From Escherichia coli (GTDB lineage: Bacteria > Pseudomonadota > Gammaproteobacteria > Enterobacterales > Enterobacteriaceae), in NCBI RefSeq assembly GCF_024298765.1, contig NZ_CP101210.1: a stretch of DNA of 64,000 bases; one strand, 5' to 3'. The notes under the pieces are model-generated. The model did not search any database, was not told the origin of the DNA, and worked only from the letters and a program-made list of their open reading frames with translations. How positions within the stretch are numbered: position 1 is the first letter of the stretch; every line of letters starts with the position of its first letter. Below are positions 34,983 through 45,771 of the stretch, piece by piece. The translations under genes were made by a program, and so were the position numbers.

Positions 34983-37181
34983 ATGTCAAAATTAAAAATT
35001 GCGGTTAGTGATTCTTGCCCGGACTGTTTTACCACGCAGCGAGAATGTATCTATATTAATGAAAACAGTAATATCGATGTGGCGGCAATAGTTTTATCGC
35101 TCAACGATGTTACACGCGGAAAACTCGATGAAATCGATGCCACGGGTTATGGCATCCCGGTATTTATTGCTACTGAAAATCAAGAACGTGTACCCGCAGA
35201 GTATTTGCCCCGTATTTCGGGTGTCTTTGAGAATTGCGAATCGCGACGAGAATTTTATGGTCGTCAGTTAGAAACCGCAGCCAGCCATTATGAAACGCAA
35301 CTGCGCCCGCCCTTCTTCCGCGCACTGGTCGATTATGTCAATCAGGGTAACAGCGCGTTTGATTGCCCCGGTCATCAGGGCGGCGAATTTTTCCGTCGCC
35401 ATCCCGCGGGGAATCAGTTTGTGGAATACTTTGGTGAGGCGCTGTTCCGTGCTGACTTGTGCAACGCCGACGTAGCGATGGGCGATCTGCTGATTCACGA
35501 AGGCGCGCCATGCATTGCACAGCAACATGCGGCAAAAGTGTTTAATGCCGATAAAACATACTTCGTTTTAAATGGCACTTCATCTTCTAACAAAGTGGTT
35601 TTAAACGCCCTGCTGACACCGGGTGATCTGGTGCTGTTTGACCGCAATAACCACAAATCTAACCACCACGGAGCGTTGCTACAGGCTGGCGCGACACCGG
35701 TTTATCTGGAAACCGCACGTAACCCGTATGGTTTTATCGGTGGTATTGACGCTCACTGTTTTGAAGAAAGTTACCTGCGTGAACTGATCGCGGAATTCGC
35801 ACCGCAGCGGGCAAAAGAGGCTCGTCCTTTCCGCCTCGCCGTTATTCAGCTAGGCACTTACGACGGTACGATTTATAACGCCCGTCAGGTGGTGGATAAA
35901 ATTGGTCATCTGTGTGACTACATCCTCTTTGACTCCGCATGGGTCGGCTATGAGCAGTTTATCCCGATGATGGCGGACTGTTCACCACTGTTGCTGGATC
36001 TTAATGAGAACGATCCGGGTATTCTGGTTACGCAATCTGTGCATAAACAGCAGGCTGGTTTTTCTCAGACTTCACAAATCCATAAAAAAGACAGCCATAT
36101 CAAAGGGCAACAGCGTTATGTACCGCACAAACGCATGAACAACGCCTTTATGATGCATGCCTCCACCAGCCCGTTCTATCCGCTGTTTGCCGCACTGGAT
36201 ATCAACGCCAAAATGCATGAAGGTGTCAGCGGTCGTAATATGTGGATGGATTGTGTGGTAAATGGCATTAATGCCCGCAAACTGATCCTCGATAACTGTC
36301 AGCATATTCGTCCATTCGTACCTGAACTGGTGGATGGTAAACCCTGGCAGTCGTATGAAACGGCGCAAATTGCGGTTGATCTGCGCTTCTTCCAGTTTGT
36401 ACCAGGTGAGCACTGGCATTCTTTTGAAGGCTATGCAGAGAATCAATACTTTGTCGATCCGTGCAAACTGTTGCTGACAACCCCAGGTATTGATGCACGT
36501 AACGGCGAATATGAAGCGTTCGGTGTACCCGCGACGATTCTTGCTAACTTCCTGCGCGAAAATGGCGTAGTGCCGGAAAAATGCGATCTTAACTCCATCC
36601 TCTTTCTGCTGACTCCGGCAGAAGATATGGCCAAACTTCAGCAACTTGTTGCTCTGCTGGTACGCTTCGAAAAACTGCTTGAGTCCGACGCGCCATTATC
36701 AGAAGTACTGCCTTCCATCTACAAACAGCATGAAGAGCGCTACACCGGTTATACCCTGCGTCAGTTGTGTCAGGAAATGCATGATTTGTATGCCCGTCAC
36801 AACGTGAAACAACTGCAAAAAGAGATGTTCCGTAAGGAACACTTCCCACGCGTAAGCATGAATCCACAAGAAGCCAACTACGCCTATTTACGCGGTGAAG
36901 TGGAGCTGGTTCGTCTGCCGGATGCAGAAGGCCGTATCGCTGCCGAAGGTGCGCTTCCTTATCCTCCGGGTGTGCTGTGTGTTGTTCCGGGTGAAATCTG
37001 GGGTGGTGCTGTTCTGCGTTACTTCAGCGCTCTGGAAGAAGGGATCAACCTGCTGCCAGGTTTTGCACCAGAGCTGCAGGGTGTCTATATCGAAGAACAT
37101 GATGGTCGTAAGCAAGTTTGGTGCTATGTCATCAAGCCTCGTGATGCGCAAAGCACCCTGTTGAAAGGGGAAAAATTATGA
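34983..37181 (+). CDS. speF: inducible ornithine decarboxylase
   Basis: 732 aa from MSKLKIAVSDSCPD within ORF 34905..37181. Confidence 0.95.
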   Translation: MSKLKIAVSDSCPDCFTTQRECIYINENSNIDVAAIVLSLNDVTRGKLDEIDATGYGIPVFIATENQERVPAEYLPRISGVFENCESRREFYGRQLETAASHYETQLRPPFFRALVDYVNQGNSAFDCPGHQGGEFFRRHPAGNQFVEYFGEALFRADLCNADVAMGDLLIHEGAPCIAQQHAAKVFNADKTYFVLNGTSSSNKVVLNALLTPGDLVLFDRNNHKSNHHGALLQAGATPVYLETARNPYGFIGGIDAHCFEESYLRELIAEFAPQRAKEARPFRLAVIQLGTYDGTIYNARQVVDKIGHLCDYILFDSAWVGYEQFIPMMADCSPLLLDLNENDPGILVTQSVHKQQAGFSQTSQIHKKDSHIKGQQRYVPHKRMNNAFMMHASTSPFYPLFAALDINAKMHEGVSGRNMWMDCVVNGINARKLILDNCQHIRPFVPELVDGKPWQSYETAQIAVDLRFFQFVPGEHWHSFEGYAENQYFVDPCKLLLTTPGIDARNGEYEAFGVPATILANFLRENGVVPEKCDLNSILFLLTPAEDMAKLQQLVALLVRFEKLLESDAPLSEVLPSIYKQHEERYTGYTLRQLCQEMHDLYARHNVKQLQKEMFRKEHFPRVSMNPQEANYAYLRGEVELVRLPDAEGRIAAEGALPYPPGVLCVVPGEIWGGAVLRYFSALEEGINLLPGFAPELQGVYIEEHDGRKQVWCYVIKPRDAQSTLLKGEKL

Positions 37182-38497
37182 GTCAGGCTAAATCGAATAA
37201 GATGGGCGTCGTTCAGTTAACCATACTGACGATGGTCAACATGATGGGCTCCGGTATCATCATGCTGCCGACAAAGCTTGCCGAAGTTGGGACAATCTCA
37301 ATTATCTCCTGGCTGGTGACAGCCGTAGGCTCAATGGCACTGGCATGGGCATTCGCAAAATGCGGTATGTTCAGCCGTAAATCAGGCGGTATGGGCGGTT
37401 ATGCGGAGTATGCTTTCGGTAAATCCGGGAACTTTATGGCGAACTACACCTACGGTGTCTCGCTGCTGATTGCTAACGTCGCGATTGCTATTTCGGCGGT
37501 TGGTTACGGCACCGAACTGCTCGGCGCGAGTTTGTCGCCAGTGCAGATTGGTCTTGCGACCATCGGAGTGCTGTGGATTTGTACCGTGGCTAACTTTGGT
37601 GGTGCGCGCATTACCGGGCAAATCAGTAGCATTACTGTGTGGGGGGTCATTATTCCGGTCGTCGGTCTGTGCATTATCGGCTGGTTCTGGTTTAGCCCGA
37701 CGCTATACGCTAACTCATGGAACCCGCACCATGTGCCGTTCTTTAGCGCTGTAGGTTCTTCCATCGCCATGACGTTGTGGGCTTTCCTCGGTCTGGAGTC
37801 AGCCTGTGCCAACGCCGAAGTAGTTGAAAACCCGGAACGTAACGTGCCGATTGCAGTTCTTGGCGGTACTTTAGGTGCGGCGGTGATTTATATCGTCTCC
37901 ACCAACGTGATTGCAGGGATAGTGCCTAATATGGAGCTGGCAAATTCAACGGCACCATTTGGCCTGACTTTCGCACAGATGTTCACGCCAGAAGTGGGTA
38001 AAGTCATTATGGCGCTGATGGTGATGTCCTGCTGCGGTTCACTGCTTGGCTGGCAGTTCACCATTGCCCAGGTGTTTAAATCTTCATCTGATGAAGGCTA
38101 CTTCCCTAAAATTTTCTCCCGTGTAACCAAAGTGGATGCACCGGTTCAGGGAATGTTGACCATTGTGATTATTCAGAGTGGATTGGCACTGATGACCATT
38201 AGCCCGTCACTGAACAGCCAGTTCAACGTGCTGGTTAACCTGGCCGTGGTGACCAATATCATTCCGTATATTCTGTCGATGGCAGCATTAGTCATTATTC
38301 AGCAGGTCGCTAATGTGCCACCATCAAAAGCGAAAGTAGCAAACTTTGTTGCCTTTGTTGGTGCGATGTACAGTTTCTATGCGCTGTACTCATCCGGGGA
38401 AGAAGCCATGCTGTACGGTTCCATCGTGACCTTCCTTGGTTGGACACTGTATGGTCTGGTCTCACCACGCTTTGAACTGAAAAATAAACACGGTTAA
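37178..38497 (+). CDS. potE: putrescine-ornithine antiporter
   Basis: 439 aa APC-family transporter, start overlaps speF stop. Confidence 0.95.
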   Translation: MSQAKSNKMGVVQLTILTMVNMMGSGIIMLPTKLAEVGTISIISWLVTAVGSMALAWAFAKCGMFSRKSGGMGGYAEYAFGKSGNFMANYTYGVSLLIANVAIAISAVGYGTELLGASLSPVQIGLATIGVLWICTVANFGGARITGQISSITVWGVIIPVVGLCIIGWFWFSPTLYANSWNPHHVPFFSAVGSSIAMTLWAFLGLESACANAEVVENPERNVPIAVLGGTLGAAVIYIVSTNVIAGIVPNMELANSTAPFGLTFAQMFTPEVGKVIMALMVMSCCGSLLGWQFTIAQVFKSSSDEGYFPKIFSRVTKVDAPVQGMLTIVIIQSGLALMTISPSLNSQFNVLVNLAVVTNIIPYILSMAALVIIQQVANVPPSKAKVANFVAFVGAMYSFYALYSSGEEAMLYGSIVTFLGWTLYGLVSPRFELKNKHG

Positions 38498-38509
38498 TAA
38501 AGCAAAGTA

Positions 38510-38543
38510 AAAAAGGGCGATTGAATGGTCGCCCTTTCTGTTT
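38510..38543. terminator. rho-independent terminator after potE
   Basis: aaaaagggcgattgaatggtcgccctttctgttt. Confidence 0.6.
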
Positions 38544-38574
38544 GTTGACAAAGAGTTCTTTATTTATGCCGCAT

Positions 38575-38723
38575 CCGGCAGGTGTAGGATCCAAACGCGG
38601 TCGGACACAGCAACTATTTGCGTAATTATATGAGGCATTTGCGACAAAAACTGGAACAGGATCTCGCCCGCCCCGCCATTTCATTACTGAAACCAGTATT
38701 GGGTATCGGTTTATGCTTTGAAA
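38575..38723 (+). pseudogene. duplicated 3' end of kdpE (about 150 bp fragment; resembles what I recall as ybfI in K-12)
   Basis: Strong nucleotide similarity to 34240-34390 including the stop codon context. Confidence 0.7.
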
Positions 38724-38844
38724 AAAGTGGCATTGTATGGATAAAGTCATTTTTTATTCACATATAAGGAACTTAATATTTAAAAAATGTCCCATACAAT
38801 GCCTCATCATAAATGACACCGTAGCATACAAGGAGCAAGTAGCG

Positions 38845-39239
38845 ATGCGTGATTGGACACAACGCCCTGAATTCGCAAGCGTGCGGGCTTTACCCATCGC
38901 CGATGATGTCGCAGGGGGAATTTTCTTAATGGTGGCGATCTTGGGGAAGATACTGGCTGCGTTTATTATTTTGCGCCAGATACGCTGATTTGGGAAAGTC
39001 TGGAGGTTGGATATTCTGAGTTTCTTCAGTGGGCATTATCCGGTGATTTAGATACCTTCAATGAAAATGTACGCTGGCCGCAATGGCAAGAAGACGTAAT
39101 AAAATTATCGGCAACGGAAGCCTTCACTTTCTACCCTTTCTTATGGGTACAAAGTGAAGAAGCAAGAACAAGAAAAGTTATTTCGCTTACTGAACTCTGG
39201 GAAATGCAGTATCAAATGAAAGAAACATTCACGCAATAA
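38845..39239 (+). pseudogene. frameshifted ORF (ybfG-like)
   Basis: Two consecutive frames (MRDWTQRPEFASVRALPIADD... then ...WESLEVGYSEFLQWALSGDLDTF...) with no intact long ORF. Confidence 0.45.
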
Positions 39240-39279
39240 GACATGTTCAGGTCCGGGTTTCATTCCTGGACTCGCTATT

Positions 39280-39774
39280 TTAATGTGTATTTATCGCTTT
39301 CAATTCTTGCTGGCAATTTTCTGACTGGCAGCGTCGCAACTCAATAATCCCGACATGCATCATCGAGCCAATAAAGCCGCTTTCGCTGACATAATCCTCA
39401 TTAACTATCGGTCGAGTGCCGGGCTTGCCCTGGCAAACCTGCATAAAAAATGAGGTGTAGCATTGCCAACCAGGATTTAAACCGGCCTTTTCTTGTGCTG
39501 ACATATCGTGAAGATAAGTAAGTTCTTTTTCGTTCCCGCCTGACAACTGCCAGCGGCGGGTATTATCAGGTAAGTTATCGCCACGGCAATTTGTCTTACA
39601 CCGGGAAAGCGCAATATTTACCGCAATGCTCCCCGTTAATCCTCTGGTTTTATCTTTAGGGGTCAGTAACCAGTCACCAGCTAATGATGATTGTTCAGGT
39701 TGGGCGCATGCTGTCAGCAGTAGTGTGGCGGTAATTAATGTCACTCTGACGACCAGACTCCTTTTGGTCTTCAT
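39280..39774 (-). CDS. ybfP: lipoprotein
   Basis: 164 aa from MKTKRSLVVRVTLITATLLLTAC (lipobox LTAC) within ORF 39280..39825. Confidence 0.75.
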   Translation of the reverse strand: MKTKRSLVVRVTLITATLLLTACAQPEQSSLAGDWLLTPKDKTRGLTGSIAVNIALSRCKTNCRGDNLPDNTRRWQLSGGNEKELTYLHDMSAQEKAGLNPGWQCYTSFFMQVCQGKPGTRPIVNEDYVSESGFIGSMMHVGIIELRRCQSENCQQELKAINTH

Positions 39775-39825
39775 TTTGAATTCCCTTGAGCTATTCAGTT
39801 TGTTGGCAAAGTGCTCGTTGTTCAT

Positions 39826-39990
39826 GCCGGATGCGGCGTGAACGCCTTATCCGGCCTACAAAATCGCGTAAATTCAATATATTGCACCATCTTCCCAGGC
39901 CTGATAAGCGTAGCGCATCAGGCAGTCATAAGTAATAAATATCCTCCGGCATAGCCGGAGGTTTTTCAAATGCGCCTATAAGGCTCTCTT
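39826..39990. repeat. REP (repetitive extragenic palindromic) cluster
   Basis: gccggatgcggcgtgaacgccttatccggcctac and related palindromic units. Confidence 0.6.
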
Positions 39991-40645
39991 ACCAGCCGCG
40001 CCCTAACAGGCGCACACGATCTGACATTTGCATCCAACTTCGTTACTTACGGCCCGTAAACGGGCTGCCCGGATAGGGAATCGATAACTGCTCTCCCATT
40101 TTATCCTCTTCAAGCTGGTGCTTTATGTAATCCTGTATCTTCGCCGTGTTCTTACCCACCGTATCGACGTAGTACCCTCTGCACCAGAACTCTCTGTTCC
40201 TGTATTTGAATTTCAAATCACCAAACTGCTCGTAAAGCATCAGACTGCTTTTCCCTTTCAGATATCCCATAAAGCCGGATACACTCATTTTGGGCGGGAT
40301 CTCCACAAGCATATGGATATGATCTGCACAGCATTCAGCTTCAAGAATCCGTACGCTTTTCCACTCACACAGCTTTCTCAAAATACTGCCTATTGCTCTA
40401 CGCTTCTCTCTGTAGAACACTTGTCTTCGGTATTTTGGCGCAAAAACTATGTGATATTTACAGTTCCATCGGGTGTGCGCTAAGCTCTTTTCGTTCCCCA
40501 TTGGGACCCCCTTTTGATTTCTTGTTTGACACTTGCAGTTGCCAGACCGCAAGGTGTTTTAACAAATCAAAAGGGGTTTTAATAACTGGCTCAAAGCTGA
40601 AAGCTTTCCGGAACCCCCAGCCTAGCTGGGGGTTTTCTGTGCACA
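39990..40645 (-). mobile_element. IS200-family insertion sequence (ends approximate)
   Basis: Contains IS200 tnpA; upstream perfect hairpin aacccccagcctagctgggggtt typical of the IS200 5' region; ends not determined precisely. Confidence 0.65.
40043..40501 (-). CDS. tnpA: IS200 transposase TnpA (HUH/Y1 family)
   Basis: 152 aa from MGNEKSLAHTRWNCKYHIVFAPKYRR..., HIHMLVEIPP HUH motif and ...YYVDTVG... tyrosine region. Confidence 0.9.
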   Translation of the reverse strand: MGNEKSLAHTRWNCKYHIVFAPKYRRQVFYREKRRAIGSILRKLCEWKSVRILEAECCADHIHMLVEIPPKMSVSGFMGYLKGKSSLMLYEQFGDLKFKYRNREFWCRGYYVDTVGKNTAKIQDYIKHQLEEDKMGEQLSIPYPGSPFTGRK

Positions 40646-40649
40646 AAAA

Positions 40650-40683
40650 AGGGCGATCTTCCGACCGCCCTTTTTCTTATTAA
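40650..40683. terminator. rho-independent terminator of pgm
   Basis: aaaaagggcgatcttccgaccgccctttttctt. Confidence 0.6.
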
Positions 40684-40689
40684 ATGTGT

Positions 40690-42330
40690 TTACGCGTTTT
40701 TCAGAACTTCGCTAACAATCTCAACCGCTTCTTTCTCAATTTGCTTGCGATGTTCTTCCCCGAGGAAGCTTTCGCAATAAATCTTGTACGCGTCTTCCGT
40801 GCCTGACGGACGCGCGGCGAACCAGCCGTTGTCAGTCATCACTTTCAGACCGCCAATAGAAGCACCGTTGCCCGGAGCAGCAGTCAGGCGTGCGGTGATC
40901 GGGTCACCTGCCAGGGTGCTGGCGCTCACCATTTCCGGAGACAGTTTAGACAGCGCCGCTTTTTGTGCGGAAGTCGCGGCTGCCTGCAAACGGTTGTAGC
41001 TCGGCGCACCAAAGCGTTTTGCCAGTTCGTTGTAGTGTTCCTGCGGATTCTTACCGGTAACAGCGGTGATTTCCGCCGCCAGCAGACACATAATGATGCC
41101 GTCTTTATCGGTGGACCACGGCGTGCCGTCGAAACGCAGGAAGGAAGCCCCTGCGCTCTCTTCGCCGCCAAAGCCGAAGCTGCCGTCGAACAGACCATCA
41201 ACAAACCATTTGAAACCTACCGGGACTTCTACCAGCTTACGGCCCAAGTCATTGACCACACGGTCGATCATCGCAGATGAAACCAGCGTTTTACCGACAG
41301 CAACATCTTTGCCCCACTGCGGACGGTGCTGGAACAGGTAGTTGATCGCCACCGCCAGGTAGTGGTTCGGATTCATCAAACCTGCCGGAGTGACGATACC
41401 GTGACGGTCATAATCCGGGTCGTTAGCAAACGCCAGATCGAACTTATCACGCAGTGCCAGCAGGCCCGCCATCGCACACTCGGAGGAGCAGTCCATACGG
41501 ATCGCACCGTCTTTATCTAGGTGCATAAAGCGGAAGGTTTGATCGACCTGATCGTTAACGATGGTCAGGTTGAGGTTGTAATACTCGCCAATACGCTTCC
41601 AGTATTCGATACCAGAACCGCCCAGCGGATCGACACCCAGCGTCAGGCCCGCTTTCTGAATCGCTGCCATATCAACGATATCGGCCAGCCCTTCCACGAA
41701 CGGCTGCACCAGATCCTGCTCTTTCACATGACCGGATGCCATCGCTTCGTCGAGGGAGATACGCTTCACGCCTTTCAGGCCATCAGCCATCAGTGCGTTG
41801 GCCCTGTCTTCCACCACTTTAGTGACGTTGGTATCAGCCGGGCCACCATTTGGCGGATTGTACTTGATACCACCATCTTCCGGCGGGTTATGAGACGGTG
41901 TAATCACGATACCGTCTGCCAGCGGGCCACCTTTTTTATTGTGAACCAGAATGGCATTGGAAATGGCAGGTGTCGGAGTGAAGCCATTGTTTTCCTGCAC
42001 AATGATATCAACACCGTTCGCTGCCAGCACTTCCAGTACGGAAATGAACGCAGGCTCGGACAGGGCGTGAGTATCTTTACCCACATAGCAAGGGCCAGTG
42101 ATGCCGTTTTTCGCACGTTCTTCAGCAATTGCCTGAGCGATCGCCAGAATGTGCGGCTCGTTAAAGCTGTGGCGCGCTGCACTGCCACGGTGACCGGAAG
42201 TACCGAATTTCACCGCGTGCTCCGCATTCCCTGCTTCTGGTTTCAGTACATAATATTGCGCCGTCAGTTGGGCGACGTTAATCAAATCACTCTGTTGTGC
42301 AGGTTGGCCTGCACGATTGTGGATTGCCAT
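40690..42330 (-). CDS. pgm: phosphoglucomutase
   Basis: 546 aa from [16 protein letters not shown] within ORF 40690..42381; TSGHRG-type phosphoserine motif present. Confidence 0.95.
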   Translation of the reverse strand: MAIHNRAGQPAQQSDLINVAQLTAQYYVLKPEAGNAEHAVKFGTSGHRGSAARHSFNEPHILAIAQAIAEERAKNGITGPCYVGKDTHALSEPAFISVLEVLAANGVDIIVQENNGFTPTPAISNAILVHNKKGGPLADGIVITPSHNPPEDGGIKYNPPNGGPADTNVTKVVEDRANALMADGLKGVKRISLDEAMASGHVKEQDLVQPFVEGLADIVDMAAIQKAGLTLGVDPLGGSGIEYWKRIGEYYNLNLTIVNDQVDQTFRFMHLDKDGAIRMDCSSECAMAGLLALRDKFDLAFANDPDYDRHGIVTPAGLMNPNHYLAVAINYLFQHRPQWGKDVAVGKTLVSSAMIDRVVNDLGRKLVEVPVGFKWFVDGLFDGSFGFGGEESAGASFLRFDGTPWSTDKDGIIMCLLAAEITAVTGKNPQEHYNELAKRFGAPSYNRLQAAATSAQKAALSKLSPEMVSASTLAGDPITARLTAAPGNGASIGGLKVMTDNGWFAARPSGTEDAYKIYCESFLGEEHRKQIEKEAVEIVSEVLKNA

Positions 42331-42355
42331 TGCTTTGTCCTTTGTCTGCAACGTT

Positions 42356-42901
42356 TTAGATAGTTCCGCAAACCTTCTCAATCAATTCCGCCGGGAATTG
42401 CATCGACTGCATGATGTGTTCGATCATGCTGCATTTACGGCCGGTGTTGGTGTTGGTGATCACCCAATACGGCGTGCCAGGCACATGTTTCGGCTTGGTC
42501 TGATTACCATTTTTCAGCAGCGTTTGTTCATCTGCCGCAAAGTAAACGCGTGTACGACCGTGCAACGATTCCGTTGCCTCGGCAAACGCCTGGGCGTCAA
42601 GAGAATATAGTGTAGACAACAGCAGCATAAAGCGATTGACCGCTCGCTTTTGCTCTGCGTATTCATCCGAAAGCAGAAGTTCACGCATTGCGCGAACCTT
42701 GTCTTTAATCGTTTTGACCGGCTTCGCTTCGACGATAGCAGGTGACGCAACGCGAACCTCTTTCGTCACCGGAGCAGCAGGCTGTGATGCGGCGGAAAAT
42801 TTCAACATACGCCGTAAAATGTCGGATGCGCTCTCGCCGATATGCTTAGTGTGGCTGGCAATATAGCTGTAGAGTTCATCATCAACTTCAATCGTTTTCA
42901 T
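42356..42901 (-). CDS. seqA: replication initiation negative modulator SeqA
   Basis: 181 aa from [17 protein letters not shown] within ORF 42356..43036. Confidence 0.95.
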
Positions 42902-43085
42902 CTTAATCCAGTGCAGTGTCTTAGCTGAATACAAGTCGCCAGGAGTATATGAATAAATCCCGGCAGCGGATAGCGTCAAGCCTAGCTTGCAGAAAAACTC
43001 GGAATAAACCTTATTTGTTGCAGCCCTGTGGCACAATGGTCAACATAATACCCTAACCCGACAACGCGAAAAAAAGAACTTTGCC

Positions 43086-43850
43086 ATGAAATTGAATATC
43101 CGCGCGCAAACTGCACAAAACCAGCACAATAATTCTCCCATCGTTCTTGTCCACGGTCTGTTTGGCAGCCTCGACAACCTTGGCGTACTGGCTCGCGATC
43201 TGGTAAACGATCACAATATCATCCAGGTTGATATGCGTAACCACGGTCTTTCACCGAGAGATCCGGTAATGAATTACCCGGCGATGGCCCAGGATCTTGT
43301 TGATACCCTGGATGCACTGCAGATCGACAAAGCAACATTTATCGGTCACTCCATGGGCGGTAAAGCGGTAATGGCACTTACTGCACTGGCCCCCGATCGG
43401 ATTGACAAGCTGGTGGCAATTGATATTGCGCCGGTCGATTATCACGTTCGCCGGCATGATGAGATTTTCGCGGCCATCAACGCAGTCAGTGAATCGGACG
43501 CACAAACTCGCCAGCAAGCAGCAGCAATAATGCGCCAGCATCTTAATGAAGAAGGGGTGATTCAGTTTCTGCTGAAATCTTTTGTTGACGGGGAGTGGCG
43601 CTTTAACGTGCCGGTATTGTGGGATCAGTATCCGCATATTGTGGGTTGGGAGAAAATCCCGGCATGGGATCACCCTGCCCTGTTTATCCCTGGCGGCAAT
43701 TCTCCGTATGTTAGCGAGCAGTACCGTGATGATTTACTGGCGCAATTTCCACAGGCGCGGGCGCATGTGATTGCTGGCGCGGGTCACTGGGTCCATGCTG
43801 AAAAACCGGATGCGGTATTACGCGCTATCCGTCGCTATCTCAATGATTAA
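43086..43850 (+). CDS. ybfF: alpha/beta-hydrolase esterase
   Basis: 254 aa, GHSMGG nucleophile elbow. Confidence 0.9.
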   Translation: MKLNIRAQTAQNQHNNSPIVLVHGLFGSLDNLGVLARDLVNDHNIIQVDMRNHGLSPRDPVMNYPAMAQDLVDTLDALQIDKATFIGHSMGGKAVMALTALAPDRIDKLVAIDIAPVDYHVRRHDEIFAAINAVSESDAQTRQQAAAIMRQHLNEEGVIQFLLKSFVDGEWRFNVPVLWDQYPHIVGWEKIPAWDHPALFIPGGNSPYVSEQYRDDLLAQFPQARAHVIAGAGHWVHAEKPDAVLRAIRRYLND

Positions 43851-43989
43851 CGCAACTGATTAAAAACCCAGCGTCCGCGTCGCTTTCCGCGCGTGGGCGT
43901 TGGCGTGACTCATCGCGCTGATGTATTATGGCGCGCTATCCATCCGGGCAGAGGCCTGGCTGATTGTTTCCCCCGAAGTCACCAAGATC

Positions 43990-44283
43990 ATGGCCAAAGA
44001 ACAAACGGACCGTACGACATTAGATCTGTTCGCGCACGAGCGTCGACCGGGACGACCGAAAACTAATCCGCTTTCGCGCGATGAACAGCTGCGTATTAAT
44101 AAACGCAACCAGCTAAAACGCGACAAAGTACGTGGCCTTAAGCGTGTCGAACTGAAGCTGAACGCGGAAGCTGTCGAGGCGCTGAACGAGCTGGCGGAAT
44201 CGCGCAATATGAGCCGTAGCGAACTGATCGAAGAGATGTTAATGCAGCAACTGGCGGCGCTGCGTAGTCAGGGCATCGTTTAA
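43990..44283 (+). CDS. ybfE: small DNA-binding-like protein
   Basis: 97 aa from [14 protein letters not shown] within ORF 43921..44283. Confidence 0.7.
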   Translation: MAKEQTDRTTLDLFAHERRPGRPKTNPLSRDEQLRINKRNQLKRDKVRGLKRVELKLNAEAVEALNELAESRNMSRSELIEEMLMQQLAALRSQGIV

Positions 44284-44422
44284 ATTTCCACTTTCATGTA
44301 GCACAGTGTGCAGTCCTGCTCGTTTGCTGATTCCGCAAGACTGCCTGTTCTGCTATGATTGCCTTTATCCGTGGGCAATTTTCCACCCCCATTTCAATAA
44401 GTTTCAAGAGGTTATTTCACTC

Positions 44423-44953
44423 ATGGCTATCACTGGCATCTTTTTCGGCAGCGACACCGGTAATACCGAAAATATCGCAAAAATGATTCAAAAACAGCTT
44501 GGTAAAGACGTTGCCGATGTCCATGACATTGCAAAAAGCAGCAAAGAAGATCTGGAAGCTTATGACATTCTGCTGCTGGGCATCCCAACCTGGTATTACG
44601 GCGAAGCGCAGTGTGACTGGGATGACTTCTTCCCGACTCTCGAAGAGATTGATTTCAATGGCAAACTGGTTGCGCTGTTTGGTTGTGGTGACCAGGAAGA
44701 TTACGCCGAATATTTCTGCGACGCATTGGGCACCATCCGCGACATTATTGAACCGCGCGGTGCAACCATCGTTGGTCACTGGCCAACTGCGGGCTACCAT
44801 TTCGAAGCGTCAAAAGGTCTGGCAGATGACGACCACTTTGTCGGTCTGGCTATCGACGAAGACCGTCAGCCGGAACTGACCGCTGAACGTGTAGAAAAAT
44901 GGGTTAAACAGATTTCTGAAGAGTTGCATCTCGACGAAATTCTCAATGCCTGA
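44423..44953 (+). CDS. fldA: flavodoxin 1
   Basis: 176 aa from [20 protein letters not shown]. Confidence 0.95.
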
Positions 44954-45158
44954 TGTGATGCGGCGTAGACTCATGTCTACGCCGTATTAATAGATAATGC
45001 CAATCAAAATAATTGCTACAAATTTGTAACTTTTGCTGTTGTACCTGTACAATGTCCCGGTGTTCAAGTGGCCTTGCCGTTGTAAATGTAAGCTGTGCCA
45101 CGTTTTTATTAACAATATTTGCCAGGGACTTGTGGTTTTCATTTAGGCGTGGCAATTC

Positions 45159-45177
45159 TATAATGATACGCATTATC
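45159..45177. promoter_or_regulatory. Fur box in uof/fur promoter region
   Basis: tataatgatacgcattatc, close to the 19-bp Fur consensus gataatgataatcattatc. Confidence 0.6.
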
Positions 45178-45249
45178 TCAAGAGCAAATTCTGTCACTTC
45201 TCCTAATGAAGTGAACCGCTTAGTAACAGGACAGATTCCGCATGACTGA
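45163..45249 (+). CDS. uof: fur leader peptide
   Basis: 28 codons MIRIISRANSVTSPNEVNRLVTGQIPHD ending 8 nt into fur. Confidence 0.75.
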   Translation: MIRIISRANSVTSPNEVNRLVTGQIPHD

Positions 45250-45688
45250 TAACAATACCGCCCTAAAGAAAGCTGGCCTGAAAGTAACGCTTCCTCGTTT
45301 AAAAATCCTGGAAGTTCTTCAGGAGCCGGACAACCATCACGTCAGTGCGGAAGATTTATACAAACGTCTGATCGATATGGGTGAAGAAATTGGTCTGGCT
45401 ACGGTATATCGCGTACTGAACCAGTTTGACGATGCTGGTATCGTCACCCGCCACAATTTTGAAGGCGGTAAATCCGTATTTGAACTGACACAGCAACATC
45501 ACCACGATCACCTGATCTGCCTCGACTGCGGCAAGGTTATCGAATTTAGTGATGATTCCATCGAAGCGCGTCAGCGTGAAATCGCCGCAAAACATGGCAT
45601 TCGCCTGACTAACCACAGTCTCTATCTTTACGGTCACTGCGCCGAAGGCGATTGCCGCGAAGATGAGCACGCGCACGAAGGCAAATAA
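45242..45688 (+). CDS. fur: ferric uptake regulator
   Basis: 148 aa, MTDNNTALKKAGLKVTLPRLKILEVLQ... Confidence 0.95.
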   Translation: MTDNNTALKKAGLKVTLPRLKILEVLQEPDNHHVSAEDLYKRLIDMGEEIGLATVYRVLNQFDDAGIVTRHNFEGGKSVFELTQQHHHDHLICLDCGKVIEFSDDSIEARQREIAAKHGIRLTNHSLYLYGHCAEGDCREDEHAHEGK

Positions 45689-45703
45689 GCCAGCCTGAAC
45701 GAG

Positions 45704-45731
45704 AAAAGCCAACCTGCAGGTTGGCTTTTTT
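45704..45731. terminator. rho-independent terminator after fur
   Basis: aaaagccaacctgcaggttggctttttt. Confidence 0.6.
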
Positions 45732-45771
45732 ATACAAGGAAAATAAGAAAAGCGAGAGTTACAGCTCTCAC

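Noticed and set aside
41521-42363. 280-aa plus-strand ORF
   Set aside because: Fully antisense to pgm, a well-supported gene; there are similar antisense ORFs within glnS, nagE and chiP.
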